DNA of 43,664 nucleotides from an uncultured Bacilli bacterium. Its GTDB lineage: Bacteria; Bacillota_I; Bacilli_A; RF39; UBA660. Positions 17,551-27,098 of this stretch are shown here, one piece after another (the first letter of the stretch is position 1; each line of letters starts with the position of its first letter). The notes beneath the pieces are model-generated. The model did no database searches and was not told the DNA's origin. It saw only the letters and a program-made list of their open reading frames with translations. The translations under genes and the position numbers were made by a program. The stretch covers positions 1 through 43,664 of the forward strand of contig CALVIE010000004.1 of the NCBI GenBank assembly GCA_944329385.1. The letters are read 5' to 3'.

Positions 17551-18957
17551 TTAATTATTTACTCCATGAGTTATCATAGGAGTTGACATGGTTATTTTTT
17601 CAAAAGTATATCCGTTATTTTTACCATATCTGATGATATTTCTTAAAGCATCTTTAGTATGGGTCTTAATATCATGCATTAATACCATGTTACTTCTATT
17701 TTTGCTTAAATTTTTAATTACATTATTATAAACTCCTGAACTAGTTTTAGTACTTCCAGCATCATCTGAATCGATATTCCAATCATAATATCTATAACCT
17801 TTATTTACAACATCTTTAGTTAAAGTGCTCATAATACCTTTTGAATATTTTTTAGAAATTGTATTTGATGAACCACCTGGAAATCTAATTATTTTAGCTG
17901 TTTGTCCGGTTATTTTCTTTACTCTATCTTGAACTTTAAATAAATCATTATAATAATTATTTACTGATTTATAAAGATAAGAATAATCATGAGAAGCTGT
18001 ATGGAGTGCTACTGTATGACCTTCATTATATTCTCTTTTAATTAAATAGTCTGGTCCTTTTGCAGTAACAAAGAAAGTTGCTTTAACGTTTTCTTCTTTT
18101 AATATATCTAAAATGACATTTGTTGTTCCTTCATTTGGTCCATCGTCAAAGGTTAAATATATAACTCCTTTATTAGAACCTGAGTTAGAATTATAAGTTG
18201 GTTTAGATATTACTTTAACGGTTCTTTCTACTATTGTTTGATTGCCAGATGAATCTTTTACAGTATAAGTTATTTTATAAGTTCCTAATTTATTTGAGTT
18301 TACGGTGCCACTTGCTTTTACGTTATTTGTAATATCATTATCACAGTTATCAGTGGCGGTGTAGCCAGGATCAGTCCAAGGATTACCTAAATATAAGGTG
18401 ATAGTTTTATTACCTTTTAAAGTAATGACTGGGGATGTTTTATCTTCTTTGGTTATTGTTCTTTTTACTTTGGCAATATTTCCAGAAGAGTCTTTTACGG
18501 AGTATGTGATTATACCATCTTTGGTAGTTACTTTGACTTTTTTTGTTATATCACCATCATAATTATCTATAGCTTTATATCCTTCTTCTTTATATTCAGC
18601 GTTTGGACATATAGATACGTTTTCATTACCGGTTAAGGTTATGACGGGTTTTTCATCATCAATTAATTTAATTTTTCTAATTTTTTTAAAAGTAATACCA
18701 TTTATTTTAATTTCATAAGTTATTTTATAAGTTCCAAGTTTTTTTTGATTTATTTCATTTTTTACTTTGACTTTTTTTGTATAATCTTTTCCAAATTTAG
18801 TTACTTTATAGCCTGGTTCTTGATATTTTTGACCGTATTTTAAGGTTATAGTTTCATCATTTTTTAATTCAAATTTTGGGGGCCAAAAAAGAAATGATAT
18901 GATTGCAGTAAGTAATAATATAATAACAATAATTCCTATAACAAACTTCTTTTTCAT
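17551..18957 (-). CDS. Polysaccharide deacetylase (CE4) with three Ig-like DUF5011/HYR-type repeats
   Basis: TM anchor; repeated PVITL.G...GY.A.DN.D.DIT...Y.VKDSSGN units; TFDDGP, HTASH, RFPGG, LMHD. Confidence 0.93.
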   Translation of the reverse strand: MKKKFVIGIIVIILLLTAIISFLFWPPKFELKNDETITLKYGQKYQEPGYKVTKFGKDYTKKVKVKNEINQKKLGTYKITYEIKINGITFKKIRKIKLIDDEKPVITLTGNENVSICPNAEYKEEGYKAIDNYDGDITKKVKVTTKDGIITYSVKDSSGNIAKVKRTITKEDKTSPVITLKGNKTITLYLGNPWTDPGYTATDNCDNDITNNVKASGTVNSNKLGTYKITYTVKDSSGNQTIVERTVKVISKPTYNSNSGSNKGVIYLTFDDGPNEGTTNVILDILKEENVKATFFVTAKGPDYLIKREYNEGHTVALHTASHDYSYLYKSVNNYYNDLFKVQDRVKKITGQTAKIIRFPGGSSNTISKKYSKGIMSTLTKDVVNKGYRYYDWNIDSDDAGSTKTSSGVYNNVIKNLSKNRSNMVLMHDIKTHTKDALRNIIRYGKNNGYTFEKITMSTPMITHGVNN

Positions 18958-18981
18958 TTTTACCTCTTTATATTTTTGATT

Positions 18982-19599
18982 TTAATATTTCTTTTGATAT
19001 TCTAAGGCTTCATTTAATGAGTATTTACAGCCACAGTAGTTTTGACGATATAAGTCATATTCTTTAGCAAGTTCATTGCTTCTTTTATATCCTTCTTTTT
19101 TCTTGAAGTCAGAATACAGATATTTTATTTTATATTTTTCTTCTAAAGCTTTACCAATATTGTTTAATTTTTGACTATCTTTATGAGGACTTACAGATAA
19201 TGTGGTGGTGAAGTAATCAAAGTTGTATTTTTGAGCAAATTTAGCGGTTTTTTCTAATCTTAGGTAGAAACATTTAGTGCATCTTTTTCCGCCCTCTTTT
19301 TCATTTTCTAATCCTTTAGCTATTTCTTTAAATTCTTTACTTTGATAACCTATTTCTAATAATTTTACTTTTATTTTCATTTTTAAAACGGCTTCTTTTA
19401 AGGTATCAAAGCGTTTTAAATATTCTTTTTCAGGATAGATATTTGGGTTATAGTATAAAATAGTTATGTCAAAAAAAGGATAAAGTCTTTCTAATACTGA
19501 TGATGAACAGATGCCACAGCACGCGTGAAGTAATAGTTTAGGTTTTCCTTTTAAGCTTTTAATAGTTTTTTCCATGATTAAGTTATAATTTGTTTTCAT
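18982..19599 (-). CDS. queH: Epoxyqueuosine reductase QueH (DUF208)
   Basis: LLHACC..C, YNPNIYP, RCTKC, TTTLSVSPHK, YRQNYCGC. Confidence 0.92.
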   Translation of the reverse strand: MKTNYNLIMEKTIKSLKGKPKLLLHACCGICSSSVLERLYPFFDITILYYNPNIYPEKEYLKRFDTLKEAVLKMKIKVKLLEIGYQSKEFKEIAKGLENEKEGGKRCTKCFYLRLEKTAKFAQKYNFDYFTTTLSVSPHKDSQKLNNIGKALEEKYKIKYLYSDFKKKEGYKRSNELAKEYDLYRQNYCGCKYSLNEALEYQKKY

Positions 19600-19638
19600 A
19601 ATTTCACCTTTATTTCACGGAATATTATATCATAAATA

Positions 19639-21126
19639 TTATTTAATTAAAATATCGCCGGTCATTTCTTTTGGAATTGTTAACCCTAATATATATAAAA
19701 TAGTTGGTGCGATGTCAGCAAGCTTGCCACTTTTTAAATTTATGTTTTCTTTTGTAATTAAAAATGGGACAGGGCTTGAGGAATGCGAGGTGATGATATT
19801 TCCTTCCTCATCTTTCATATAATCACTATTGCCATGGTCGGCGGTTATTACAAGGGTTCCATTTAAACTTTGTATTTTTTCATAAATTTTTCCAATACAT
19901 GTGTCAATGGCTTCTAATGCTTTAATTGTAGCTTCAAAATTACCTGTGTGACCAACCATATCACCGTTTGCGAAGTTTAGAATTATAATATTGTAATCTT
20001 CTATTTTATTGAGTAAGGTTTCTGTTATTTCAAAGGCACTCATTTCTGGCTTTAGATCATAAGTGGCGACTTTTGGTGATGGAATTAATATTTGGTCGCA
20101 TTCTCTTAGTTTTTCTTTGTTTTGCCCATCAAAGAAATAAGTTACATGGGCGTATTTTTCGGTTTCGGCAATTCTTAACTGTTTTAAAGAATATTTTTCT
20201 ATTATTTTTCCTAGATAATTAGTGATAATGGGATGAGTGAAAAGTGATGAACCAATAACTTTTTCATCGACAGGCATCATTGTTACTAGTTTTAAATTAG
20301 GGATGAATATTCTTTCAAATTCGTTAAAGTTTTCATTTGTTAAAGCTGTGAACAGTTCTCTTAGACGGTCTGGTCTAAAGTTAAAAACTAAGATGCCATC
20401 GTTTGGTTTTATAATCCCATTTTTATGAGTAAATGGGGGGATGAATTCGTCTGTAATGTTTTGTTCATAATTTTGTTTAATTGTGGTTTCAATATCTTTT
20501 TCTTCATTTAGTTCAGTCATATTTTCATAAGCTTTTTGTATTCTATCCCAGCGATTATCTCTATCCATTGCATAGTATCTTCCACAAATGGTAGCAATTT
20601 GGCCGGTATTTGTTTCATTAATTTTATTTTCTAATATTTTGATAAATTTTAAAGCTTCGTGTGGTTTAGTATCTCTTCCATCAGTGAAAAGGTGATAATA
20701 AATATTATTTATTGATTCGTTTTTTAAAATGTCTATTAAACCTAGTAAATGATTTATGTGAGAATGAATTCCACCGTTACTAATTAAGCCACATACATGA
20801 AGGTCTGAGTGATATTTTTTTAAATGTTTTATGAGTGATTTATATTCTTTGTTTTTTTTGATTTTACCATTTTGAAGATCTTCGCCAATAATGTCTAAAG
20901 ATTGTTTAGGAATTCTACCAGTTCCGATGTTCATGTGTCCTACTTCACTGTTACCCATTTGTCCTTTTGGTAGTCCAACGGCGGGTCCGCTAGCTTCTAG
21001 TGTGGTATAGGGATATTTATTAAATAATTTATCTAGGTTTGGAGTATTAGCAGCATTTAAGGCGTTACCATCGGTAGATGGTCTTATGCCTACACCGTCT
21101 AAAATACATAATAATAGTGGTTTCAT
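19639..21126 (-). CDS. gpmI: 2,3-bisphosphoglycerate-independent phosphoglycerate mutase
   Basis: GQMGNSEVGH, GRYYAMDRD, AETEKYAHVT, DMVGHTG, TADHGN. Confidence 0.97.
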   Translation of the reverse strand: MKPLLLCILDGVGIRPSTDGNALNAANTPNLDKLFNKYPYTTLEASGPAVGLPKGQMGNSEVGHMNIGTGRIPKQSLDIIGEDLQNGKIKKNKEYKSLIKHLKKYHSDLHVCGLISNGGIHSHINHLLGLIDILKNESINNIYYHLFTDGRDTKPHEALKFIKILENKINETNTGQIATICGRYYAMDRDNRWDRIQKAYENMTELNEEKDIETTIKQNYEQNITDEFIPPFTHKNGIIKPNDGILVFNFRPDRLRELFTALTNENFNEFERIFIPNLKLVTMMPVDEKVIGSSLFTHPIITNYLGKIIEKYSLKQLRIAETEKYAHVTYFFDGQNKEKLRECDQILIPSPKVATYDLKPEMSAFEITETLLNKIEDYNIIILNFANGDMVGHTGNFEATIKALEAIDTCIGKIYEKIQSLNGTLVITADHGNSDYMKDEEGNIITSHSSSPVPFLITKENINLKSGKLADIAPTILYILGLTIPKEMTGDILIK

Positions 21127-21140
21127 TTTATCAGCTCCTT

Positions 21141-21902
21141 TTATTTATATAAATTTATAATGCTATCTAAATTTATTTGGAATAATAGTAATATTGTAGC
21201 CCCTGCGGCTAATAGTGGTCCAAAGGGAATTATATTATTTTTCTTTTTCCAAAGGATTATTAAGGCAACTGGTAAACCTATTAAAGAGCCTACGAATATA
21301 GATAGTATGGCTATTGGGTAAGTTAATACCATGCCAAAAATGAATAATAATTTAATATCTCCTCCACCCATTGATTCTTTTTTAAATAAAAAGTCCCCTA
21401 GTTTTTTTAATAAATACATGGTTATGAAAGCTAAAAGACCATTTAAAAGTGAATATAAAGCATTATTTAAGCCATTTATTATTAATATTTCAATAAAAAA
21501 TATTATACCAAATGTTATTAGAACTTCATCAGATATTATTAGATAGTGGTAATCACTGACGATGATAATAATCATTAGTGAAATAAAGGTTAAAGCAATT
21601 ATTAATTTTGGGGTTAGGCCGAATGAAATATAGCAAAGTACGAAAAGGATTCCCGTTAGTAGTTCAAATATTGGATAAAATAAGGAAATTTTTTGATGAC
21701 AATGTTTACATTTTCCTTTTTGAAAAATATATGATAAAACGGGAATTAGTTCTAGAGCGCTTAATTTATGATTACAATTCGTACAGTGGCTTGGTGGGAA
21801 AAGAATGGACTGTCCTTTTGGGAGCCTATAGCCTACTACATTGTAAAAGGAACCGAAAATAGTTCCTATTATGAATAAAAATATACCAATTATAATTTCC
21901 AT
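21141..21902 (-). CDS. pilD: Type IV prepilin peptidase (A24A, PilD/ComC)
   Basis: GSFYNVVGYRLP, two CxxC pairs, MGGGDIKL, IPFGP; likely ATG at 21902 after AAGGTGA (track start 21968). Confidence 0.93.
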   Translation of the reverse strand: MEIIIGIFLFIIGTIFGSFYNVVGYRLPKGQSILFPPSHCTNCNHKLSALELIPVLSYIFQKGKCKHCHQKISLFYPIFELLTGILFVLCYISFGLTPKLIIALTFISLMIIIIVSDYHYLIISDEVLITFGIIFFIEILIINGLNNALYSLLNGLLAFITMYLLKKLGDFLFKKESMGGGDIKLLFIFGMVLTYPIAILSIFVGSLIGLPVALIILWKKKNNIIPFGPLLAAGATILLLFQINLDSIINLYK

Positions 21903-21912
21903 AATATCACCT

Positions 21913-23643
21913 TTATGCTTGAATTTGACCGTACATTGAGAACATTGGTACAACGATTGATAAAACAATGATACCTACCATTACAGTTAAGAGAATTATT
22001 AAAGCTGGTTCTACAAATGTTTTGATTCTTGTAACAGAGTTTTTGTGTAAGTCTTGATAGTATGTTGAAATTTTATGCATCATTTCTGGGAGTTGACCAG
22101 TTCTTTCACCGGTAACAATCATTTCATATGCAGGGATTGGGAAAGACCATTCGTCTTTAAAAGCTGTTGAGATTGGTTTTCCTTGTGCAATATTATTAAT
22201 AGCGTTATATATAAGTGCACGATAGATTTCGTTATTGGTTACTTTATTTAATATTTCCATACTATCAGTTATGAAAACGTTATGAGATAATAATGAACCA
22301 AAAGTTTTGGAAAAAGTGGTTACTTCTTTATAGATGATAACATCACCGAATACAGGTAAGTGCATGGCAAGCCACTGAACAGTTTGTCTAAATGATTTAA
22401 CGTTTTTGTATAGATAAATACATAAAATTAAAATTATTACAACGCTAATACCAATATATATAATATATTTTTGTAAAAATTCACTTATAGCTAAAACGGC
22501 TAAAGTTATGCCTGGTATTTGAGCATTATCCATAGAATTATATATTTCAACAAATTTTGGAACAACATATAGCATTATGAATGTTCCGACTCCAATAGCG
22601 ATGACAAAGATTATAGTTGGATATAGCATAGCTGTAACCATCGCTTTTCTTGTTGCTTCTATTTCTGAGAAATATTCTTCCATATCATCTAATGTTTCTG
22701 GAAGTTCACCTGTCATTTCAGCTGTTCTAACCATATTTGTTAGAATACTTGGGAAAGCGTTTTCTTGTTTTGCTAGTGCTTCACTAAAACTTTTTCCGGT
22801 TGTTAAATCATAATTTAAGGTTGATAAGATTCTTTTATATTTTTTGTTTTTAAATTGTTTTGACAAAATGTTTATTGCTTCAGCAAGGGGGATACCAACT
22901 TTTAAATAAGTAGATACTTGGGCAAGAAAGAAAATCAAATCTTTTGTTTTGAATTTATCGTGTGATCCTCCTACACTACCATACATGGTGTTAATCCATT
23001 TATTTGTTTTTATGCTATAAACTTTGTTTCCTAAACTTTTTAAATAAGAGTGTACTTCAACTAATGAAAATGCGGAAAAATATCCTTTTACAACTTTACC
23101 TTCAGGATTTCTAATGATGTATTCATATGTTAGTTTTTCTTTGGTTTTTTGGGCTTCTGGTCCTTCGTAGTTTATAGTCATTTCTGGGGCATTTTGATAT
23201 TTATCTTTAACATTTCCTAAGCCTAGACTATTTTTAATTTTATCTGAAAAACTTAATACTTCTGTGCCAAAGCGATCTAATTTTTCTCCGGCTGTTTTAT
23301 CTTCTAATTTAGATGAATCTTGAATATAGTCGTTTAATCTTTTTTGAGCTTTTTTTTCTTGGCTTTCTTTTATTTTTTGTCTTGTTTCTTCTTCTTTTTG
23401 CTTTTTTAATGCTTTTTCTCTTTCATGTTCAGCTAGCAAAATGTCAGTTTTTTTATAGGTATTATCGGTTTTTTTTGTAGCGATTGTTATTTTATCTTTT
23501 TTATCTTTAGAAAATAATTTTACTAACATCGTTGGTAAGACGATTAGCCCTAAAAAAACATATTTTATAAATGAAAAAATGGCTTTTAAAACGACTAAAA
23601 TCCCTTTACCAATATAAGTAAACGGTGAAAGTATTTTTTTCAT
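21913..23643 (-). CDS. pilC: Type IV pilus platform protein PilC (T2SSF family) with long N-terminal extension
   Basis: Two T2SSF repeats (AEMTGELPETL; GERTGQLPEMM), AMLYP and FVEP motifs. Confidence 0.9.
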   Translation of the reverse strand: MKKILSPFTYIGKGILVVLKAIFSFIKYVFLGLIVLPTMLVKLFSKDKKDKITIATKKTDNTYKKTDILLAEHEREKALKKQKEEETRQKIKESQEKKAQKRLNDYIQDSSKLEDKTAGEKLDRFGTEVLSFSDKIKNSLGLGNVKDKYQNAPEMTINYEGPEAQKTKEKLTYEYIIRNPEGKVVKGYFSAFSLVEVHSYLKSLGNKVYSIKTNKWINTMYGSVGGSHDKFKTKDLIFFLAQVSTYLKVGIPLAEAINILSKQFKNKKYKRILSTLNYDLTTGKSFSEALAKQENAFPSILTNMVRTAEMTGELPETLDDMEEYFSEIEATRKAMVTAMLYPTIIFVIAIGVGTFIMLYVVPKFVEIYNSMDNAQIPGITLAVLAISEFLQKYIIYIGISVVIILILCIYLYKNVKSFRQTVQWLAMHLPVFGDVIIYKEVTTFSKTFGSLLSHNVFITDSMEILNKVTNNEIYRALIYNAINNIAQGKPISTAFKDEWSFPIPAYEMIVTGERTGQLPEMMHKISTYYQDLHKNSVTRIKTFVEPALIILLTVMVGIIVLSIVVPMFSMYGQIQA

Positions 23644-23751
23644 TTTGACACCTTCCTATTCTCATACACTAAAAATATTATAACATAATATGTTTTAAAA
23701 TAAAACTTTTTTTGTTTAAAACATATAATATTTTAGAAAGGGGCATAAATC

Positions 23752-24093
23752 ATGAATTTTTATAATCCCTATTATTATATGGCGCCGACGATAAATTCTG
23801 GGCTTGGTCGTGGTTTACTTAGTGGTAGTATTAGAAATGGTATAAATTGGTCAAGTATTTTGAATGGAGCTCAAAGAACTTTGAATTTGGTTAATCAAGC
23901 TATTCCTTTGGTAAAGCAAGCTGCACCGATGGTTAGAAATGCAAAAACAATGTTTAAGGTTATGAATGAGTTTAAAAAAGTTGAGGGGCCAAGTAGTGTA
24001 AGCTTTAATAGTTCAAATGAGTTTGGTTCAAATGATGGCATGACTGAGAATGCCCAGATGATTTCTAATGGTGGGCCGACATTTTTTGCTTAA
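23752..24093 (+). CDS. YqfQ/VrrA-like protein
   Basis: Reads on the plus strand (ATG 23752, TAA 24091-24093) although the track says minus; AQRTLNLVNQAIPLVKQAAPMVRN resembles the YqfQ family core. Confidence 0.6.
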   Translation: MNFYNPYYYMAPTINSGLGRGLLSGSIRNGINWSSILNGAQRTLNLVNQAIPLVKQAAPMVRNAKTMFKVMNEFKKVEGPSSVSFNSSNEFGSNDGMTENAQMISNGGPTFFA

Positions 24094-24122
24094 AAAACGT
24101 TAGGGTTTACTCTAACGTTTTT
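24092..24122. terminator. Bidirectional terminator between convergent genes
   Basis: AAAAACGTTAGG-N-TCTAACGTTTTT hairpin. Confidence 0.75.
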
Positions 24123-24143
24123 GGTTTGTGTTTTACTAACAAA

Positions 24144-25088
24144 TTATTCTGATAAAGTGTATGGATTATTTTGACTTCCATCGCCACCAGTGATTTGAAT
24201 TTCTGGTTTTATATAGAGAACTGGATAAATTTCATGAGGGGTGCTGACGAATATATCAGTATTACCATAATAAATATATCCATTATATAAATAGAATACA
24301 GAATTTTTATAATCCAACCGAAACGTCAATGTCCACATGTCGTTATTATGAGTCATCCACGTAGTATTTTGACAAATACTGTGATTGTCATTATTTAAAA
24401 TTACAGTATTGCAATTATTTTGATTGCTATTGCTTCTTAGATACTCACTTAGTGTAATTAGAGCTACTTTCCCACTCCATTTACTTGCATTTTCGCTATT
24501 TATAATGTTTGACAAGTTATTAATGTCATTACTGCCATGTACTCCTCCTATACTATATTTTTTTGAAACCGTTTGATTTTGAGCTGTATTAGTTAATCCG
24601 TTATAATATGTTTCATTTAAATAGGTATTTAAATCGGCTGGACGGGCCCAGTCGCTTGATTCAGATGTATCCCATACCTGCTTTCCTATGCTGGCATCTT
24701 TCATTATTTTTATGGATTTATCTGGTTCAATTGACACTATTCTCCACGTTTCGTTATTGAATGTTATATAATTATTTACATTTTTCCCTTTAAAAAAATA
24801 TCTTCCGCCTTCATATGCGTCTACATATAATCCTTCGCCTGAAGTTATTATTGATTCATTTTCAAGTATTATATCACCAATAAGTATTTGCGGAAGACAC
24901 ATACTATAAAGTTCATCTATCGCTCCTTGGACATTAGTTGAAGATAAGCCACTTTCTTTATTATTGTAAGTTACATTTTTACTATCAAAATATGTTACTG
25001 CGCAGACACTTACTGTACTAAACAAAAGTCCGCCTAATACGAAAATAAATATTCTATTTTTTAGAATTTTTTGGATTTTATGTTTCAT
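24144..25088 (-). CDS. Secreted/surface protein, DUF6273-like (possible lectin-like fold)
   Basis: Signal/TM; NVQGAIDELY; NNYITFNNETWRIV; LNTYLNETYYN; C-terminal YPVLYI...GDGSQNNPY. Confidence 0.55.
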   Translation of the reverse strand: MKHKIQKILKNRIFIFVLGGLLFSTVSVCAVTYFDSKNVTYNNKESGLSSTNVQGAIDELYSMCLPQILIGDIILENESIITSGEGLYVDAYEGGRYFFKGKNVNNYITFNNETWRIVSIEPDKSIKIMKDASIGKQVWDTSESSDWARPADLNTYLNETYYNGLTNTAQNQTVSKKYSIGGVHGSNDINNLSNIINSENASKWSGKVALITLSEYLRSNSNQNNCNTVILNNDNHSICQNTTWMTHNNDMWTLTFRLDYKNSVFYLYNGYIYYGNTDIFVSTPHEIYPVLYIKPEIQITGGDGSQNNPYTLSE

Positions 25089-25188
25089 ATTATCCCCCTT
25101 ATTTTTATCATAATTTTATTATATGTCTTTATTGCAGACATGTCGAGCGTAAATTGTCTGTTTTTGAGATAATTTGATTGGTGATGAT

Positions 25189-25425
25189 ATGATTGGAAAT
25201 GTTTTAAGATACATTAGAAAAAAGAATAATTTAAAACAAGAAGAGATAAGTAAAATAGTTGGCGTGGCTAGAAATACTGTATCTCAGTATGAAACAGAAA
25301 CTATTCAACCTACTTTTGAAATTATTGAAAAAATTGCGAATGAATGCGGATATAAAATTTATTTTGAAAGTGATGATGGGAAAGAAAGGTTTCAAAGTAA
25401 TGATCTTAATCGTAAGGATATTTAA
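25189..25425 (+). CDS. XRE-family helix-turn-helix regulator
   Basis: Reads on the plus strand although the track says minus; LRYIRKKNNLKQEEIS...TVSQYETETIQP; ATG at 25189 after GGTGA. Confidence 0.88.
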   Translation: MIGNVLRYIRKKNNLKQEEISKIVGVARNTVSQYETETIQPTFEIIEKIANECGYKIYFESDDGKERFQSNDLNRKDI

Positions 25426-25457
25426 AAAATCGTTAGAGTTTTGATTCTAACGATTTT
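25426..25457. terminator. Bidirectional terminator overlapping the ABC-F stop
   Basis: AAAATCGTTAGA-N8-TCTAACGATTTT. Confidence 0.7.
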
Positions 25458-27039
25458 CATATTTTTCTAGATACTGTTCATAAGTCATTTGTTTATCGAT
25501 GTAGGTTCCATCTTCATTAATTAATATTAATCTATTGGCAAGGGTATTTATCAATTCAGTATCGAATGTTGCGAATACTATAGGTCCATCAAATTTATTT
25601 AATCCATTATTTAAAGCTGTTATTGATTCAATGTCTAAGTGATTTGTTGGTTCATCTAAAAGTAAGACATTTCCTTTATTTAACATCATTTTAGCAAACA
25701 TACATCTTACTTTTTCACCACCTGATAGGACATTTGCTTTTTTTAAGGCTTCATCGGCTGAGAAAAGCATTCTACCTAAGAATCCTCTTACAAAAGCGTC
25801 TTCTTTATTTTCAGAAAATTTTCTTAGCCATTCTACAAGATTTTCATCTGTTTCAAAGTATTTATCATGATTTTTAGGGAAATATGAGGTTATGACAGTG
25901 GTACCTTTTTTTATTTCCCCACTATCGGGCATTTTTTCTCCTGCTAGAATTTGTAGTAAAGTTGTTTTGGCAAGTTCGTTTTCTCCTATTAGGGCGATTT
26001 TGTCATCTTTTTTAATGTTTAAGGTAAAATTTTTTAATATGGGTTTGCCATTTTGACTAACATTTATTTTACTTAGGGTTATTATTTCTTTGCCAAGTCT
26101 TTTTTCATAATCAAAGTTAATGTATGGATATTTTCTAGTTGATGGTTTTAGTTCATCGAGAGTTATTTTTTCAAGTAATTTTTTTCTTGATGTTGCTTGT
26201 TTTGATTTAGAAGCGTTGGCAGAAAATCTTGCGATGAAAGATTGAAGTTCTTTTATTTTTTCTTCTTTCTTTTTGTTTGCCTGTTTTATTTGTGTTTGCA
26301 TTAATTCATTTGATTTATACCAAAAATCATAATTACCTATAGTTATTCTTATTCTTTCTCTATCAATATCACACATGTGGGTACATACTTTATTTAAAAA
26401 GTGTCTATCATGGGAAACTAAAATAATGGTTCCTTTGAAATCTAAAAGAAAGTTTTCTAACCATATTTTACTTTGAATGTCTAAACCGTTTGTAGGTTCA
26501 TCTAATAGCAATATATCTGGTTCACCAAATAATGCTTGGGCAAGTAAAATTTTAACTTTATCTTTATCTTTGATATTTATCATGTTTTCTTCAAAAAGAT
26601 TGTTTGGGATGCCTAATCCTGCTAGAAGAATTGAGGCATTACTTTCGGCTTCCCAGCCATTTAGGGCTTCAAATTCGGCTTCTAATTCACCTACTTTAAT
26701 ACCGTCTTCTTCGGTAAAATTTTCTTTCATATATAGTTTTTCTTTTTCTTTCATGATTTTATAAAGTTTATCATTACCCATAATAACAGTATCTAAGACT
26801 TTGTGTTCGTTATATAAGTTATGGTCTTGTTTTAGATAAGAAATTCTTTCACCTTTACCTTTAATAACTTCACCGGTTGTACTTTCTATTTGTCCTGTTA
26901 ATATTTTAAGCAGTGTACTTTTTCCAGCACCATTAGCTCCTATTACTCCGTAACAGTTACCTTCTGTGAATTCTAAGTTGACATCTTCAAATAGAATTCT
27001 TTTTCCAAATCTTAAGGATAGATTAACTAATTTTAACAT
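25447..27039 (-). CDS. ABC-F family ribosome-associated ATPase (YbiT/YkpA-like)
   Basis: Two NBDs, no TM; GANGAGKS, LLLDEPTN twice, linker FIARFSANASKSKQATSRKK. Confidence 0.93.
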   Translation of the reverse strand: MLKLVNLSLRFGKRILFEDVNLEFTEGNCYGVIGANGAGKSTLLKILTGQIESTTGEVIKGKGERISYLKQDHNLYNEHKVLDTVIMGNDKLYKIMKEKEKLYMKENFTEEDGIKVGELEAEFEALNGWEAESNASILLAGLGIPNNLFEENMINIKDKDKVKILLAQALFGEPDILLLDEPTNGLDIQSKIWLENFLLDFKGTIILVSHDRHFLNKVCTHMCDIDRERIRITIGNYDFWYKSNELMQTQIKQANKKKEEKIKELQSFIARFSANASKSKQATSRKKLLEKITLDELKPSTRKYPYINFDYEKRLGKEIITLSKINVSQNGKPILKNFTLNIKKDDKIALIGENELAKTTLLQILAGEKMPDSGEIKKGTTVITSYFPKNHDKYFETDENLVEWLRKFSENKEDAFVRGFLGRMLFSADEALKKANVLSGGEKVRCMFAKMMLNKGNVLLLDEPTNHLDIESITALNNGLNKFDGPIVFATFDTELINTLANRLILINEDGTYIDKQMTYEQYLEKYENR

Positions 27040-27098
27040 TTTATCACCTTTTTTAATTATACAGGAAAAGTTATATTTTTCAAAGGAAAAGAAGATAT

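Noticed and set aside
8714-18957. Integrative mobile element carrying the TIR locus
   Set aside because: No integrase, transposase, att repeats or tRNA boundary detected
23752-25425. ORF-track minus-strand labels for 23752..24093 and 25174..25425
   Set aside because: The given translations read directly from the plus strand (ATGAATTTT at 23752; TTGATTGGT at 25174), so both are reported as plus
25960-26000. Degenerate second Walker A (GENELAKT) in the ABC-F as a sign of pseudogenisation
   Set aside because: The ORF is intact, and I recall similar degeneracy in Firmicute YkpA-like proteins
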